The notes under the pieces: generated by a model | What the model was told of the DNA's origin: nothing | Database searches by the model: none | Seen by the model: the letters and a program-made list of their open reading frames with translations, nothing else | NCBI GenBank assembly: GCA_019634695.1 | Contig: JAHCAW010000003.1 | Location: forward strand, 3,397-67,396 | DNA: 64,000 bases | Direction of reading: 5' to 3' | Origin: Candidatus Sumerlaeia bacterium | Lineage (GTDB): Bacteria > Sumerlaeota > Sumerlaeia > SLMS01 > JAHLLQ01 | Made by a program: the position numbers and the translations under genes | Part shown: piece after piece, positions 18,701 to 28,932 of the stretch | Layout: every line of letters starts with the position of its first letter | How positions within the stretch are numbered: the first letter of the stretch is position 1

Positions 18701-20280
18701 AGGGAAGCCTCACCGAGATCGATGAGGACTACATTTCGCTGTCAATCGGCCCCGACGTCGTTCGCCACCTCTGCGTCGACGACTTCGGCGGCTGGATCCG
18801 CCAAAGTATCCATTCGTTTCCCGACGTCTCCGAGCCGCTGACACCCGCCGCCACGACCTTCAAGGGCCGCTGGCCAGCCGACCTTGCGCCGGTCATCACC
18901 CCGATCCCCACCGCCCAGATGGCCAGCAGCGCGTTCCCCGGCCTGATGGTTCCGGTCACCACGCCGAGCACCGACTCGCTCAGCCTTCTTGTCCACGCTT
19001 CGCCCGGCAACACCGGAACCACCAACGCCAATCTCGCGCCTCAGTTTGCTTCATGGCAATCCATCAGGCGCGACATCCTGCCCGCCCGCACGACGGTTCC
19101 CGTCGAGCCCGATCGCGTCTACGTCATTCGTTGGACCGTCTCCGTTCAGGAGCATACGCAGTCCGCTCTCGCTCCCCAAGTGCCCGATGTGCGCTTCCGC
19201 GTCGGCGACCCGACCAACATGGGCCACGGACAGGCCATGGACATCCTTTCCGCACCGGGTGCCAATGCCATCGTCGGGCCCGGCCTGCATGTCCATCGCT
19301 CCTACTACTACGCCCCGCCGGGCACCCCGCCCGGCAGTGAAATTGGCTTCGCGATCGACCTGTTCGACTTCTTCCAGGATACTGGTGGGGGCTTCTACAC
19401 TGAAGGCGCCCAGGACTATGGGCTCAACCTTCATCGGATCGATGTTCTTTCCTTCCCCCGTTCCGAACTTGAAGGCGCCCGCATTGAACTCAATCACGGC
19501 GCCCAGATTCTGTCCACCGCCGACGAATCCAATCCCCCTTCCGATCCACAGCCCTTCACTCCCTTCAACCTTGCCGCCGGCCAAACCGAAGGGGATTGGG
19601 AATTCCGCGTCGGGACCTTCATCGCCAATCATTCCACAAACCGCAACCCAACCGCCACATTCGCCCCGGACTTGCTGACGATGGGCCTTGTGCCCGGCAA
19701 TCACAACGTCATCGCCGACTGGGACACTCGCGGCCATGTGCTTCGCCAGCACCCTCAATTCGCCCCCGATCACACCGCCCGCGAGATCGTCAACGCGGTT
19801 CCCAACGACAGGCTGCTTGCCCTCGACATCTGGCTCAGCTCGCCGGAGGCCGCCACCTCCAACAACCACCTGCCCGTCCTCAGAGTCGGTCTGCGGACCG
19901 ACATCTACGGCGAAACCGGACTCCTGCAATTCAACCCACCCCGTCAGATCATGCAAGGCCGCGTGGCGTTCCGTGAATTCCGCGCTTGGAATCGCACCGA
20001 CGCCGAAGACCTGTTCCAACACGTTGGTTCGCCCCTGGCCCTGGCGGCACAGGCCCGTCGATACACCGCCATTCTGGAACCACAGGTCCGAGCCGGAGGC
20101 ACGATCGACGTCCGACCGTTCGTGCAATTCTGGTCATTCCCTATCAACCTGACCGCCGAACCCGGCTCATTCCGGGACGACCGCTCCGACGCCGGCACGG
20201 TCCGAATCCACCGCGTCGTCGTCACCAGCTACGACCTTCCCAGCTTCCCGGCCGACTGCATCGCATCCAACCCCGACTGA
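15751..20280 (+). CDS. Giant secreted protein: six Kelch repeats plus repeated beta-rich modules
   Basis: ATG 15751 is preceded by GGAGAG, with signal peptide MKNCSKLPARASVAAMLLMLTAFQVVLA. There are six DLWR[FY]-x5-6-W-x-W repeats with NTPG[AG]R motifs, and three copies of a ~70-aa module. Confidence 0.8.
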   Translation: MKNCSKLPARASVAAMLLMLTAFQVVLAQSPTTGTLDVSIAPPLAVDDGAQWSVDGGATWHESASPVVLPTGFYNVDFLEIADWLRPLAGAPHGWVWSKGSNVVGAAGVYGTRGDPDEANTPGARTGSRGSVGADGELWLFGGITAPVVGESFMDDLWRFEPETGNWTWIKGSDTANPSAVYGTLGEPDIANTPGGRTRGLSWTDHQGRFWYFGGLVGSQLSNRRQDLWRFDPSTNAWTWMKGSSVDNAPSVFGDQGVSHPSNTPGARVDAAGWVDLAGSLWVFGGYGRSPVTDDVGSRYLNDLWRYDTSSGDWTWRKGTAEANHPGHTGTRGIPDPDNIPAARHSASTWLDSDGNLWLFGGLVIGPGLLDDLWRFDPATNTWTWMAGNPAVPQNAAYGELGVPAAANTPGARMNAATFTDSSGGLWLFGGARDANRFSDLWRYDIPTGNWAWMAGPDLPNQSGTYGNQGEPAENNSPGARQFACSWTGADGKFWLFGGQGSGGSANRHNDLWSFHPGGFTNRVLVQPNHITAVTGTYTPTGALEVSLEPLAIAGVARWSHDGKYWRESTETIILPEGTYNIQFDEVAGRTAPPVATADIVHRLTTRLTVYYNSPPQITHLTIEPATPRTLDDVTAVFETLDADLDSISDVEVEWLLDGQVIAAGETLAASHTAFNQAWEVRARARDDRGDWGAWATHSFTIANTPPTQPIVEVRPPNPAPGRDLVADIVEYSVDADGDTIAYDFHWFVSRDRGQTWIHKVELNGSPQVSNEFIFPLDVWRVHVIPYEVHASKTGAPHKGDRQEGEPGWHQVYVGQNHHPDFVFTRIQFSREASNQAVFDVAWEWHDPDGDAATMLLFWTDRGPRGLHSLAGPVPASAGALVVSANIPADVSTIYLHGILIDEKGAMSQRTAGLLTGDASGSLHVVLGPPPVTHLGAAWRRVGSDTWNPSDHVELAVPVGIHQVEFQPVLGWVAPATREVLVAEGSLTEIDEDYISLSIGPDVVRHLCVDDFGGWIRQSIHSFPDVSEPLTPAATTFKGRWPADLAPVITPIPTAQMASSAFPGLMVPVTTPSTDSLSLLVHASPGNTGTTNANLAPQFASWQSIRRDILPARTTVPVEPDRVYVIRWTVSVQEHTQSALAPQVPDVRFRVGDPTNMGHGQAMDILSAPGANAIVGPGLHVHRSYYYAPPGTPPGSEIGFAIDLFDFFQDTGGGFYTEGAQDYGLNLHRIDVLSFPRSELEGARIELNHGAQILSTADESNPPSDPQPFTPFNLAAGQTEGDWEFRVGTFIANHSTNRNPTATFAPDLLTMGLVPGNHNVIADWDTRGHVLRQHPQFAPDHTAREIVNAVPNDRLLALDIWLSSPEAATSNNHLPVLRVGLRTDIYGETGLLQFNPPRQIMQGRVAFREFRAWNRTDAEDLFQHVGSPLALAAQARRYTAILEPQVRAGGTIDVRPFVQFWSFPINLTAEPGSFRDDRSDAGTVRIHRVVVTSYDLPSFPADCIASNPD

Positions 20281-20395
20281 AGAGGGCCGAAACGAACCCC
20301 GAAAAGCGCCCCACGTTTAACTTGCCGTTGTTCCGGCGCCCTTCGCAGGCTGGCGGGGAGACTCTCTCCATCTGCTGGCGAGGTGACGGACAATC

Positions 20396-23300
20396 ATGGC
20401 AGCCAAGACCCGGGCAACAGTCCCCCCCGTGGACATCGTTGAGGAAGAAAGCCCCCGCGTTGGCTTCGGGCGACGGGAGGTCCGGCGCGAGCTGGTCGGC
20501 GCGCTGACCGTTCTGGCCGGGCTGTTCGTGCTCGCCTGCCTGATCGCCGGCGGCAGCACCTCCGCCGTTGGCGCCATGGGCACCCGCTTGCGGGGTGCCT
20601 TGCAGGTGGTCTTCGGCAATCCGGTCGCCTTCCTGATTCCGGCGACGGTGATCTGGCTCGGGGTGGAGATGTTTCTGGGTCGCGTGCGGCGCTGGTCGGC
20701 GCTGCGGATCGTGGGCATCTTTGTTTCTATCTGGGCGGTGACGGGGCTGCTGGCGTTGCCCGGGGCCGGCGACACCGAGGCGCGCACGGTCACCTTCGAG
20801 CGCGCCGGCATGCTTGGCGTCTTTCTGGTCGAGGACAACGGTCTCGCGTTGGCCAACCAGTTCGGGCTCGTCGGCGCGTCGCTGATTCTGTGCGGCCTGC
20901 TGCTGGTCGGGTTGGTGATGACGACGAACAGTGCCCTGTCGTCGCTGATGTCGCGGATGCGTCGGTCCGGCGAGACCGAGTCCGAGGAGGCTCCGGTCGC
21001 CGTGGTGGCGCCCGCCGCCACGATGAAGCCCGCGCGCCGCGTGAAGGCCGAGGCCCCCGCGCCGCCGCCGCCGGTGGTGGAGGAAGCGCCCGCCGCCGAG
21101 GCGGCACCGGCGCCGCGTCGGCCCGGGTTCTTCCGGCGCCTGCTGGGCGGTCGGCGGCCGACGGCCACCGACCGTCCGCGCCTGCTCGTCCCCCGCGACG
21201 AGCCGACCGGCTGGGACGATCCTGTGGACGAGGACGTCGCGGCGGCCGCCCGCGCGCTCGACGAGCACGAATGGGAGCGCCGCGCCCGCGCGCGTCTGCG
21301 CCTGCGCCAAGCCGCTGCCGTCGTCGAGCCCGACGAGGAGACCGAAGCGGACGAGGAATTCGCCGACGACGATCCGGGCGCCGCCGAGTTGCAGGCCGCC
21401 CTGCTCGAACTCGAGGAGCAACTGGCGCACGAGACCGAAGAAGAGGAAGAGGCAGCCGAGGAAGAGGGCGAGGAGGAGATCGTCTTCCAGGATCACTCGG
21501 GGCCGCTGCCCGTCGTTTCCGGCAATCCGGTGAACGAGCATTCGAAGGCGGCCGTCGGCGAAGGGCTGGCCAAGCTGTTCCCGAGCCGCTGGCCCAAGAC
21601 GAATCCGGAAGCCGAGGCCGAGACCGAGGATCAGGAGGAGGACGAGGAGGACGACTTCGACAAGTCCGAGTCGCGGATGCTGCGCCGCACCGGCGAGGCG
21701 ATCGAGAGCGACCCGCTGTTCACCGACGAGTTCGACACGCGCCCGCATGGGCCGCTGGGCGCACCCAAGGAGGCCGAAGTCACCGACGAGGACCTCGAGG
21801 AGGTGCTCGTGCCCGAGGACTACCTGATGCCGCGGATCGAGACGCTGGACGACCCGCCGCAGGTCGACGCGCGCATGACGCGCGAAGAAGTCGTGGATAT
21901 GAGCCAGACGCTTGTGCAGACGCTGGCGGACTTTGGCATCGAGGGCAAGGTGACCGAGGTGCACCAGGGGCCGGTGGTGACGCGGTTCGAGTTTCGTCCG
22001 GCGGCGGGCATCAAGGTCAGCCGCATCGTGGGGCTGGAGCACGACATCGCGATGTCGATGCGGGCGATGAGCGTGCGCATCCTGGCACCGATCCCGGGCA
22101 AGAACGCCGTGGGCATCGAGGTGCCGAACAAGAAGGCGCAGGGCGTCTATCTCAAGGAGCTGATCTCCTGCCGCGAGTTCTGGGACCACCCGAGCCCGCT
22201 GGCGTTCGCGCTCGGCAAGACGATCGACGGCTCGCCGTACTTCGCGGACCTGGCGCGCATGCCGCACCTGCTGATCGCGGGCGCGACCGGCGCCGGCAAG
22301 TCCGTCTGCCTCAACACGATCATCTGCTCGCTGCTGTATCGCAACCGGCCGGACCAGGTCCGCATGATCATGGTCGATCCCAAGCGCGTCGAGCTGTCGG
22401 TCTACGCCGACATCCCGCACCTGCTGGCGCCGGTGGTCTGCGAACCGAAGTGCGCGGCGTCGGCGTTGGAGTGGGCCGTCGAGCAGATGGAGGAGCGCTA
22501 CAAGCAACTCGTCGCGCTGGGCGTGCGCAACATCGACGGCTACAACCGGATCGCGGCGAATCCCGAGGGGCATGCCAAGGCCCGCGGCCGTCGGCTCAAG
22601 CCGATGCCCTACATGGTGATCGTCGTCGACGAGTTGGCGGACCTGATGCTGGTCTCGAAGGCCGACGTCGAGGAGTCGATCCAGCGCCTGGCGCAGATGG
22701 CGCGCGCCGTCGGCATCCACCTGATCCTGGCCACCCAGCGCCCGTCGGTCAACGTCATCACCGGCATCATCAAGGCGAACTTCCCGAGCCGCATCGCGTT
22801 CCAGGTGTCGCAGAAGGTGGACTCGCGGACGATTCTGGACGCGAACGGCGCGGAGGCGTTGCTGGGCAAGGGCGACATGCTGTTCTCGAAGGGCGGGGCC
22901 GGCAAGCCGATCCGCATCCAGGGTGCGTTCCTGAGCGACGACGAGGTCGAGCGAATCGCCGACCATCGCCGCAGCCAGATGTCGCCGCACTATGAAGTCG
23001 AGGAGTTCGAGGCCAAGCTGAGCGAGAAGGAACAGCGTGAGCTGGCGAAGATGATGGGCGTGGCGGATCTGGACGACCTCGACGCGCAGGACCGCATGGT
23101 GCGCGGAACGAACAAGGTGATGGGCAAGGTGCACGCCGGCATGTTCATCCCGCACGACGGCGGGAGCGCGCGCGCCGGCGACGAGGAGATCGACGAGGCA
23201 CTGGTACGTGCCGCGGCGCGGCTCATCCTCGAGTCGCGCAAGGCGTCGGTCTCGCTGCTGCAACGCCGTCTCAAGGTCGGCTTTGCCCGCGCGGGGCGGC

Positions 23301-23599
23301 TCATGGACATGCTGGAGGAGATGGGCATCGTCGGCGAGTTCAAGGGCTCGAAGCCCCGCGACATCATCGTCGATTGCGAAGCGGCGCTGCTGGAACTCGA
23401 CAAGCTCGAGGCCACCCTCGCCGGCGGCAAGAGCGTCGATCGCCTCGCCGAAATCGACGACGACGAAGAGGCCGTCGACGAGGACGAGGACGTCGAGGAC
23501 GCCCTCGACGACGAGGAGGAAGAGGTCGAGGAGGACGAAGACGAGGAATACGAGGACGAAGCCGACAAGCCCTGGCCCAAGAGCGCCCGCACCCGCTGA
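20396..23599 (+). CDS. ftsK: DNA translocase FtsK/SpoIIIE
   Basis: N-terminal TM helices and a long acidic/Pro-rich linker. Motor domain with Walker A GATGAGKS and VIVVDELADLM. Gamma winged helix SVSLLQRRLKVGFARAGRLMDMLEEMGIVG. A further ~85-aa acidic tail follows. Confidence 0.95.
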   Translation: MAAKTRATVPPVDIVEEESPRVGFGRREVRRELVGALTVLAGLFVLACLIAGGSTSAVGAMGTRLRGALQVVFGNPVAFLIPATVIWLGVEMFLGRVRRWSALRIVGIFVSIWAVTGLLALPGAGDTEARTVTFERAGMLGVFLVEDNGLALANQFGLVGASLILCGLLLVGLVMTTNSALSSLMSRMRRSGETESEEAPVAVVAPAATMKPARRVKAEAPAPPPPVVEEAPAAEAAPAPRRPGFFRRLLGGRRPTATDRPRLLVPRDEPTGWDDPVDEDVAAAARALDEHEWERRARARLRLRQAAAVVEPDEETEADEEFADDDPGAAELQAALLELEEQLAHETEEEEEAAEEEGEEEIVFQDHSGPLPVVSGNPVNEHSKAAVGEGLAKLFPSRWPKTNPEAEAETEDQEEDEEDDFDKSESRMLRRTGEAIESDPLFTDEFDTRPHGPLGAPKEAEVTDEDLEEVLVPEDYLMPRIETLDDPPQVDARMTREEVVDMSQTLVQTLADFGIEGKVTEVHQGPVVTRFEFRPAAGIKVSRIVGLEHDIAMSMRAMSVRILAPIPGKNAVGIEVPNKKAQGVYLKELISCREFWDHPSPLAFALGKTIDGSPYFADLARMPHLLIAGATGAGKSVCLNTIICSLLYRNRPDQVRMIMVDPKRVELSVYADIPHLLAPVVCEPKCAASALEWAVEQMEERYKQLVALGVRNIDGYNRIAANPEGHAKARGRRLKPMPYMVIVVDELADLMLVSKADVEESIQRLAQMARAVGIHLILATQRPSVNVITGIIKANFPSRIAFQVSQKVDSRTILDANGAEALLGKGDMLFSKGGAGKPIRIQGAFLSDDEVERIADHRRSQMSPHYEVEEFEAKLSEKEQRELAKMMGVADLDDLDAQDRMVRGTNKVMGKVHAGMFIPHDGGSARAGDEEIDEALVRAAARLILESRKASVSLLQRRLKVGFARAGRLMDMLEEMGIVGEFKGSKPRDIIVDCEAALLELDKLEATLAGGKSVDRLAEIDDDEEAVDEDEDVEDALDDEEEEVEEDEDEEYEDEADKPWPKSARTR

Positions 23600-23622
23600 G
23601 TCACTCCGCCTGAATCACAAAG

Positions 23623-23658
23623 CCGGGCCGGCCTCCATCGCCGGCCCGGTCTTCGTTT
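23623..23658 (+). terminator. Rho-independent terminator of ftsK
   Basis: CCGGGCCGGC (23623-23632) pairs perfectly with GCCGGCCCGG (23640-23649) and is followed by tcttcgttt. Confidence 0.75.
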
Positions 23659-23782
23659 AACTCCCCCCGTCCATCGGGTCCATTCCGGGCCCGAGGGGAA
23701 CTGCCCTTGCCCCATGGGGGCGCGGGCGCGCGACATTGCGCCTGCCCCAGTGGCAACCACGTTCTCCACGGGAGGAGCGATC

Positions 23783-24541
23783 ATGCGACGCATTCTGGCG
23801 GTGATCCTGATGAGCGGGACGGTCTTCCTCGCCGGTGGCTGTGGCGCACGCGGCGAGCGCTCTTTGGCTCCCGCACCCCAAGCTCCGCCCGCCCCGCACG
23901 TCGAGAGTCCCGCGGCCCCCGCGCCTCAGGCCCAGCCCGTCGCGCCTCGCGTCGAGAAGCCCGCCATCGTCTCGCGTGAGGAGTGGGGTTCGCAGCCCGA
24001 CATCGCCCGCCTTGAGGAGCGGCGCCACACGCCGCGCTTCATCACGATCCACCACGCCGGCGTCGTCTGGACCGCCGGATCGGATCCCTACCAGAAGCTC
24101 AAGGGCCTGCAATCCTGGGGGGCGCGCGACCGCAACTGGCCCGACGTGCCGTATCACTACCTGATCCCGCCCGATGGCCGCATCTTCGAGGGGCGCTCGA
24201 CCGACTATCCGCCCGACACCAACACGCGCGAGTTCGACACTGTCGGCCACATCAACGTGCACCTGTGGGGCAGCCTGGGCGAACAGCGCGCGACGCTCGA
24301 GATGCTCCAGGCCACCGTCGACGTCATCGCGTGGTTGTGCCAGGAGCATGCGATCGACCCGGCGACGATCCGCGGCCATCGCGACCACGCCTCCACGAAC
24401 TGCCCCGGCGCCGACATGTATCGCTACGTTTCGGACGGCCTGATCGAGAAGTGGGTGCGCGAGAAGCTGGCCGGCGGCCCTCCTCAGGTCGCCCTGCTGC
24501 CGGCACTGTCCGACGGCCCGTTTGAGTTCGTGCCCAGGTAG
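23783..24541 (+). CDS. N-acetylmuramoyl-L-alanine amidase (Amidase_2 / PGRP-like), lipoprotein-type signal
   Basis: GGAGGAG lies upstream of ATG 23783, with signal MRRILAVILMSGTVFLAGGC. Motifs: ITIHHAG, VPYHYLIPPDGRIFEGR, IRGHRDHASTNCPG. Confidence 0.8.
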   Translation: MRRILAVILMSGTVFLAGGCGARGERSLAPAPQAPPAPHVESPAAPAPQAQPVAPRVEKPAIVSREEWGSQPDIARLEERRHTPRFITIHHAGVVWTAGSDPYQKLKGLQSWGARDRNWPDVPYHYLIPPDGRIFEGRSTDYPPDTNTREFDTVGHINVHLWGSLGEQRATLEMLQATVDVIAWLCQEHAIDPATIRGHRDHASTNCPGADMYRYVSDGLIEKWVREKLAGGPPQVALLPALSDGPFEFVPR

Positions 24542-24624
24542 TGGACGGCGTTGTTCGGACGGGCCGGAGGGGTCGGACTTGTCCGAGTGATCGATTGGAT
24601 CGGATGGCCCATATCAGTCCGCCC

Positions 24625-24644
24625 GAGCCGGAGTTGACCGGCTC
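24625..24644. terminator. Hairpin between the convergent amidase and recA genes (possible bidirectional terminator)
   Basis: GAGCCGG-agttga-CCGGCTC, a 7-bp perfect stem. There is no clear U-tract on either strand. Confidence 0.3.
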
Positions 24645-24674
24645 GCTGGCGGAATTCTGTCGCGCCCTCCCGCA

Positions 24675-25751
<1,077 letters not shown>

Positions 25752-26032
25752 GGGAGGACACTCCAGGGGGAGAGGAAATCGGGCCGTGTCGGGGCGGGGT
25801 GGTGCGTGGGCACCCGATCGTGCGGCGGACTCGGGCAGCCTCTCCAGCGGCCTGTGAGGCGTCAACCAGAAAAGCGAAAGAAATACGAACAGGCCGGGCG
25901 GGGCCCGATTCATGCCCGAAACGGGTCGCATCGCGATGGCGAAGCGAGTTGACAGTGTTTTCGGGGGGATGGTCTTCGTGGCGGTGGAAAAGGCCATTGG
26001 GCCTTCATATCCCGCGCCGGGAAGCGCATCGG

Positions 26033-27055
26033 GTGCTCGTTTCGCACGCCTGCCGACCGCTGATTGTGGTCGTGGCCCTGTTGTTGGCCGCAGCGGTTCC
26101 GCTGCGCGCGCAGACCTCCGCGCCCGCGGGTTTCTATTACCAAGTGCAGCCGGGCGACAGCTTCGATGTCATTGCCCGACGCTTCCGCGTGACGGCCTAC
26201 GACATTGCCCGGCACAACGGGCGCAGTCCCAACGATCAGCTCGCCGCGGGCAGCCGCATCTGGGTGCCCGGGGTGGCGGCGCCGCGGGCGCCGGTCGTCA
26301 CGACGACACCGACGCCGGTGCCGCGCCTCCAAACCACGCCCGCCCCCACGCCCCGGCCTTCGCAGGCGCCCGCGGCCAGCGGGGGCACCGTGGTCGTTCG
26401 CCCCGGCGACAGCCTCTGGCGCATCGCCAGTGCGAACGGTGTCACCGTGGCCGATTTGGCGGCGGCGAACAGGATTTCCCCATCGGCCAGTTTGCAGGTG
26501 GGCCAGACGCTGCGCCTGCCCGGCGGGGGGGAGCCGCCGCCGCGCGAGGTGGCTGCGGCCCCGTCGCCGCGCGCCACACCCACGCCCACGCCGCGCCCCG
26601 GTGGCACTCCCCGCCCCACGGCAACGCCGGCTGCACGCACCACCTCCTCGTCGTCGCCCAACGTGGCCAGCGGCGCCGTCAGCGCGCGCGGCTTCTCCTG
26701 GCCGGTGCAGGGCACGATCCTGCGCAAGTACGAGAACTCGCTGACCTCGAAGCACTCGGGCTTGGACATCGAGGTGCCGGTTGGCACCGCGGTGCGCGCG
26801 GCCCGCGACGGCGTGGTCATCTACGCCGGTGAGTCCATCTCCGCCTACGGCAAGATGGTCATTGTTCGCCACGACAACGATCTGGCGACGTGCTACGCGT
26901 TCAACAGCAGGAACTTGGTGCGCGTGGACCAGCGCGTGAAGCGCGGCGAGAAGATCGCCGAGTCGGGCGACGGTGGCCGCGGCGGCCGGCCCTACCTGTA
27001 CTTCCAACTGCGCCGCAAGGGCGAGGCCGTCGATCCGATGCCGTATCTGCCGTAG
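26033..27055 (+). CDS. LysM-domain M23 family metallopeptidase
   Basis: Two LysM motifs ([32 protein letters not shown]), a Pro/Thr linker, and an M23 core ([22 protein letters not shown]...KMVIVRHDN...YLYFQLR). The GTG 26033 start is provisional. Confidence 0.8.
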   Translation: MLVSHACRPLIVVVALLLAAAVPLRAQTSAPAGFYYQVQPGDSFDVIARRFRVTAYDIARHNGRSPNDQLAAGSRIWVPGVAAPRAPVVTTTPTPVPRLQTTPAPTPRPSQAPAASGGTVVVRPGDSLWRIASANGVTVADLAAANRISPSASLQVGQTLRLPGGGEPPPREVAAAPSPRATPTPTPRPGGTPRPTATPAARTTSSSSPNVASGAVSARGFSWPVQGTILRKYENSLTSKHSGLDIEVPVGTAVRAARDGVVIYAGESISAYGKMVIVRHDNDLATCYAFNSRNLVRVDQRVKRGEKIAESGDGGRGGRPYLYFQLRRKGEAVDPMPYLP

Positions 27056-27059
27056 TGCC

Positions 27060-27434
27060 CTACTGGCACTCCGGGCACCGGCCCCACAGGATGACCTGTT
27101 GCGCGTCGAGGGCGTAGCCGGGCGGCAGGTTGCCGGCTGTCGAGCGCGCCGGCGCGGGCAGCGTCGTGATTCTCTGGCACTGCTGGCACACGAAGTGCCG
27201 GGTGCAGCCGGGCGGTGCGAGTTCGTACATCGGCGGGTGGCCGGGGATTTCGACGCGCCGGGCCTCGCCTTGGTCGAGCAATCCCCGCAGCAGGCGGTAG
27301 ACCGTCGCCAGCCCCAGCCCCGGCACCTGTTGGCGCGCCTGCCCGCAGAGTTGCTGGGGCGTCATCGGCTGTCCGGCCTGCTCCAGCGCCTGCTGCACAG
27401 CCTGCTTCTGTGTTGTTCGTCGCAGGGCGGTCAT
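27060..27434 (-). CDS. Fur-family metal-responsive transcriptional regulator
   Basis: 124 aa. Winged helix GLATVYRLLRGLLDQG, plus C-x-x-C pairs FVCQQCQ and GRCPEC. Confidence 0.75.
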   Translation of the reverse strand: MTALRRTTQKQAVQQALEQAGQPMTPQQLCGQARQQVPGLGLATVYRLLRGLLDQGEARRVEIPGHPPMYELAPPGCTRHFVCQQCQRITTLPAPARSTAGNLPPGYALDAQQVILWGRCPECQ

Positions 27435-27573
27435 GGACCTGATTCCTCCAGGCCGAGGACTTCCGCCCTTCCCACACCCAACAGCAGTATAGGGGCCGGC
27501 CTGCCGGAACGGCAACCCGATTATGGAACGAATGTCCGCTGGCGGACGGAGTCGGCTCGCTGGCGGTGAGCGG

Positions 27574-28899
27574 TCAGCGCACGGAATAGAGGTACTCGTT
27601 GAGCAGGTTCTCGAGCATCTCCTGGCGACCGCTTTGCAGGGCGGGCTCGCCGTGTTTGAGCGTATACGCCTCCATCTCCTCGAAGGTGGCGGCACCGTTT
27701 TCAATGCGTTGCCCGAAGTCGCCGTCCCATCCGACGTAGCGTTGCTTCACGAAGTCGGCGAAGACGCCGTCGGCGATCATGCGGTCGGCGACGCGCAGGC
27801 CGCGGGCGAAGGCGTCCATCGCGCCGATGTGCGCATGGAAGAGATCGACGGCATCGATCGACTGGCGGCGGAGCTTCGCGTCGAAGTTCAGCCCGCCGGT
27901 CGTGAAGCCGCCGCCGCGCAGGATCGTGTGCATCGCGAGCGCGCACTCCTTGACGTCCGTCGGGAACTGGTCCGTGTCCCAACCCAGCAGCGCGTCGCCG
28001 CGATTCGCGTCCACCGAGCCCAACAGCCCGTGCGCCACGGCGTACTCGAGCTCGTGCACGAACTCGTGCCGCGCGAGCGTGGCATGGTTCGCCTCGATGT
28101 TGAGCTTGAAGTCCTTCTCGAGCCCGTTCGCCAGCAGGAACGCGTGCACCGTCGCCGCGTCGAAGTCGTACTGGTGCTTCGTCGGTTCGTGCGGCTTGGG
28201 CTCGATGTAGAGCGCGCCGCCGAAGCCGATGCGTTTGCGATGCTCGACCGCCATGTGGAGGAAGCGCGCGAGGTGCGCCGTCTCCCGCCGCATGTCCGTG
28301 TTGAGCAGCATGTCGTAGCCTTCGCGTCCGCCCCAGAACACATAGCCCGCTCCGCCGAGCTGGTGCGTCAGTTCCATGGCCTTCTTCACCTGGCTGGCGG
28401 CGTAGGCGAAGACGGCGGGGGAGGGATTCGTCGCCGCACCGGCCAGGAAGCGCGGATGCGAGAAGGCGTTCGTCGTGCCCCACAGCAGGCGCACACCCGT
28501 GTCGTCCTGCAGCTTCGCGGCCAGCGCGGCAATGCGGTCCAGCCGCCGGTTCGTCTCGGCCAGCGTGTCGGCTTCAGGAGCGATGTCGCGATCGTGAAAG
28601 CACCAGAAGCCAACGCCGAGTTTCGTGAAGAACTCGAAGGCGGCCTCGAGCGTCTCTTCGGCCGCGCGCATCGGATCGGCGGCGCCGGCCCAGCGATGCC
28701 GCATCGTCGGCGCGCCGAACATGTCGGCGCCTGCGCCGCGGAACGTGTGCCAGTAACACACCGCGAAGCGCAGGTGCTCGGCCATCGTCCTGCCGGCCAC
28801 GACGGCTGCGGCGTCATAGTGCTTGAACGCCAGCGGGTTCCGGGAGTCCGGGCCCTCGTAGGCGATGCGCTGCACGTCGGGGAAGAACTGGGTCGCCAT
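27574..28899 (-). CDS. xylA: Xylose isomerase
   Basis: 441 aa. RFAVCYWHTF, FHDRD, LEPKPHEPTKHQYDF, NIEANHATLA, DANRGD. GAGGAG lies upstream of ATG 28899. Confidence 0.95.
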   Translation of the reverse strand: MATQFFPDVQRIAYEGPDSRNPLAFKHYDAAAVVAGRTMAEHLRFAVCYWHTFRGAGADMFGAPTMRHRWAGAADPMRAAEETLEAAFEFFTKLGVGFWCFHDRDIAPEADTLAETNRRLDRIAALAAKLQDDTGVRLLWGTTNAFSHPRFLAGAATNPSPAVFAYAASQVKKAMELTHQLGGAGYVFWGGREGYDMLLNTDMRRETAHLARFLHMAVEHRKRIGFGGALYIEPKPHEPTKHQYDFDAATVHAFLLANGLEKDFKLNIEANHATLARHEFVHELEYAVAHGLLGSVDANRGDALLGWDTDQFPTDVKECALAMHTILRGGGFTTGGLNFDAKLRRQSIDAVDLFHAHIGAMDAFARGLRVADRMIADGVFADFVKQRYVGWDGDFGQRIENGAATFEEMEAYTLKHGEPALQSGRQEMLENLLNEYLYSVR

Positions 28900-28932
28900 G
28901 GGAGACTCCTCGCGTCGCAGGGGTGTGGTTCG

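Noticed and set aside
23440-23580. GAC/GAG/GAA-rich nucleotide periodicity that looks like a tandem DNA repeat.
   Set aside because: It is in frame within ftsK and encodes the Asp/Glu tail. The repeat is at codon level, not a non-coding microsatellite.
25752-26032. Search for a LexA/SOS box in the recA upstream region, and a -35-like TTGACA at 25949.
   Set aside because: No CTGT-N8-ACAG, GAAC-N4-GTTC or other palindromic SOS-type motif was found. The TTGACA has no acceptable -10 at 16-19 nt spacing.
27435-27573. Search for a Fur, Zur or PerR box upstream of the Fur-family gene (e.g. GATTATGGAACGAATG at about 27519).
   Set aside because: It is only weakly AT-rich and not palindromic. It does not resemble the 7-1-7 or 19-bp Fur consensus well enough to call.
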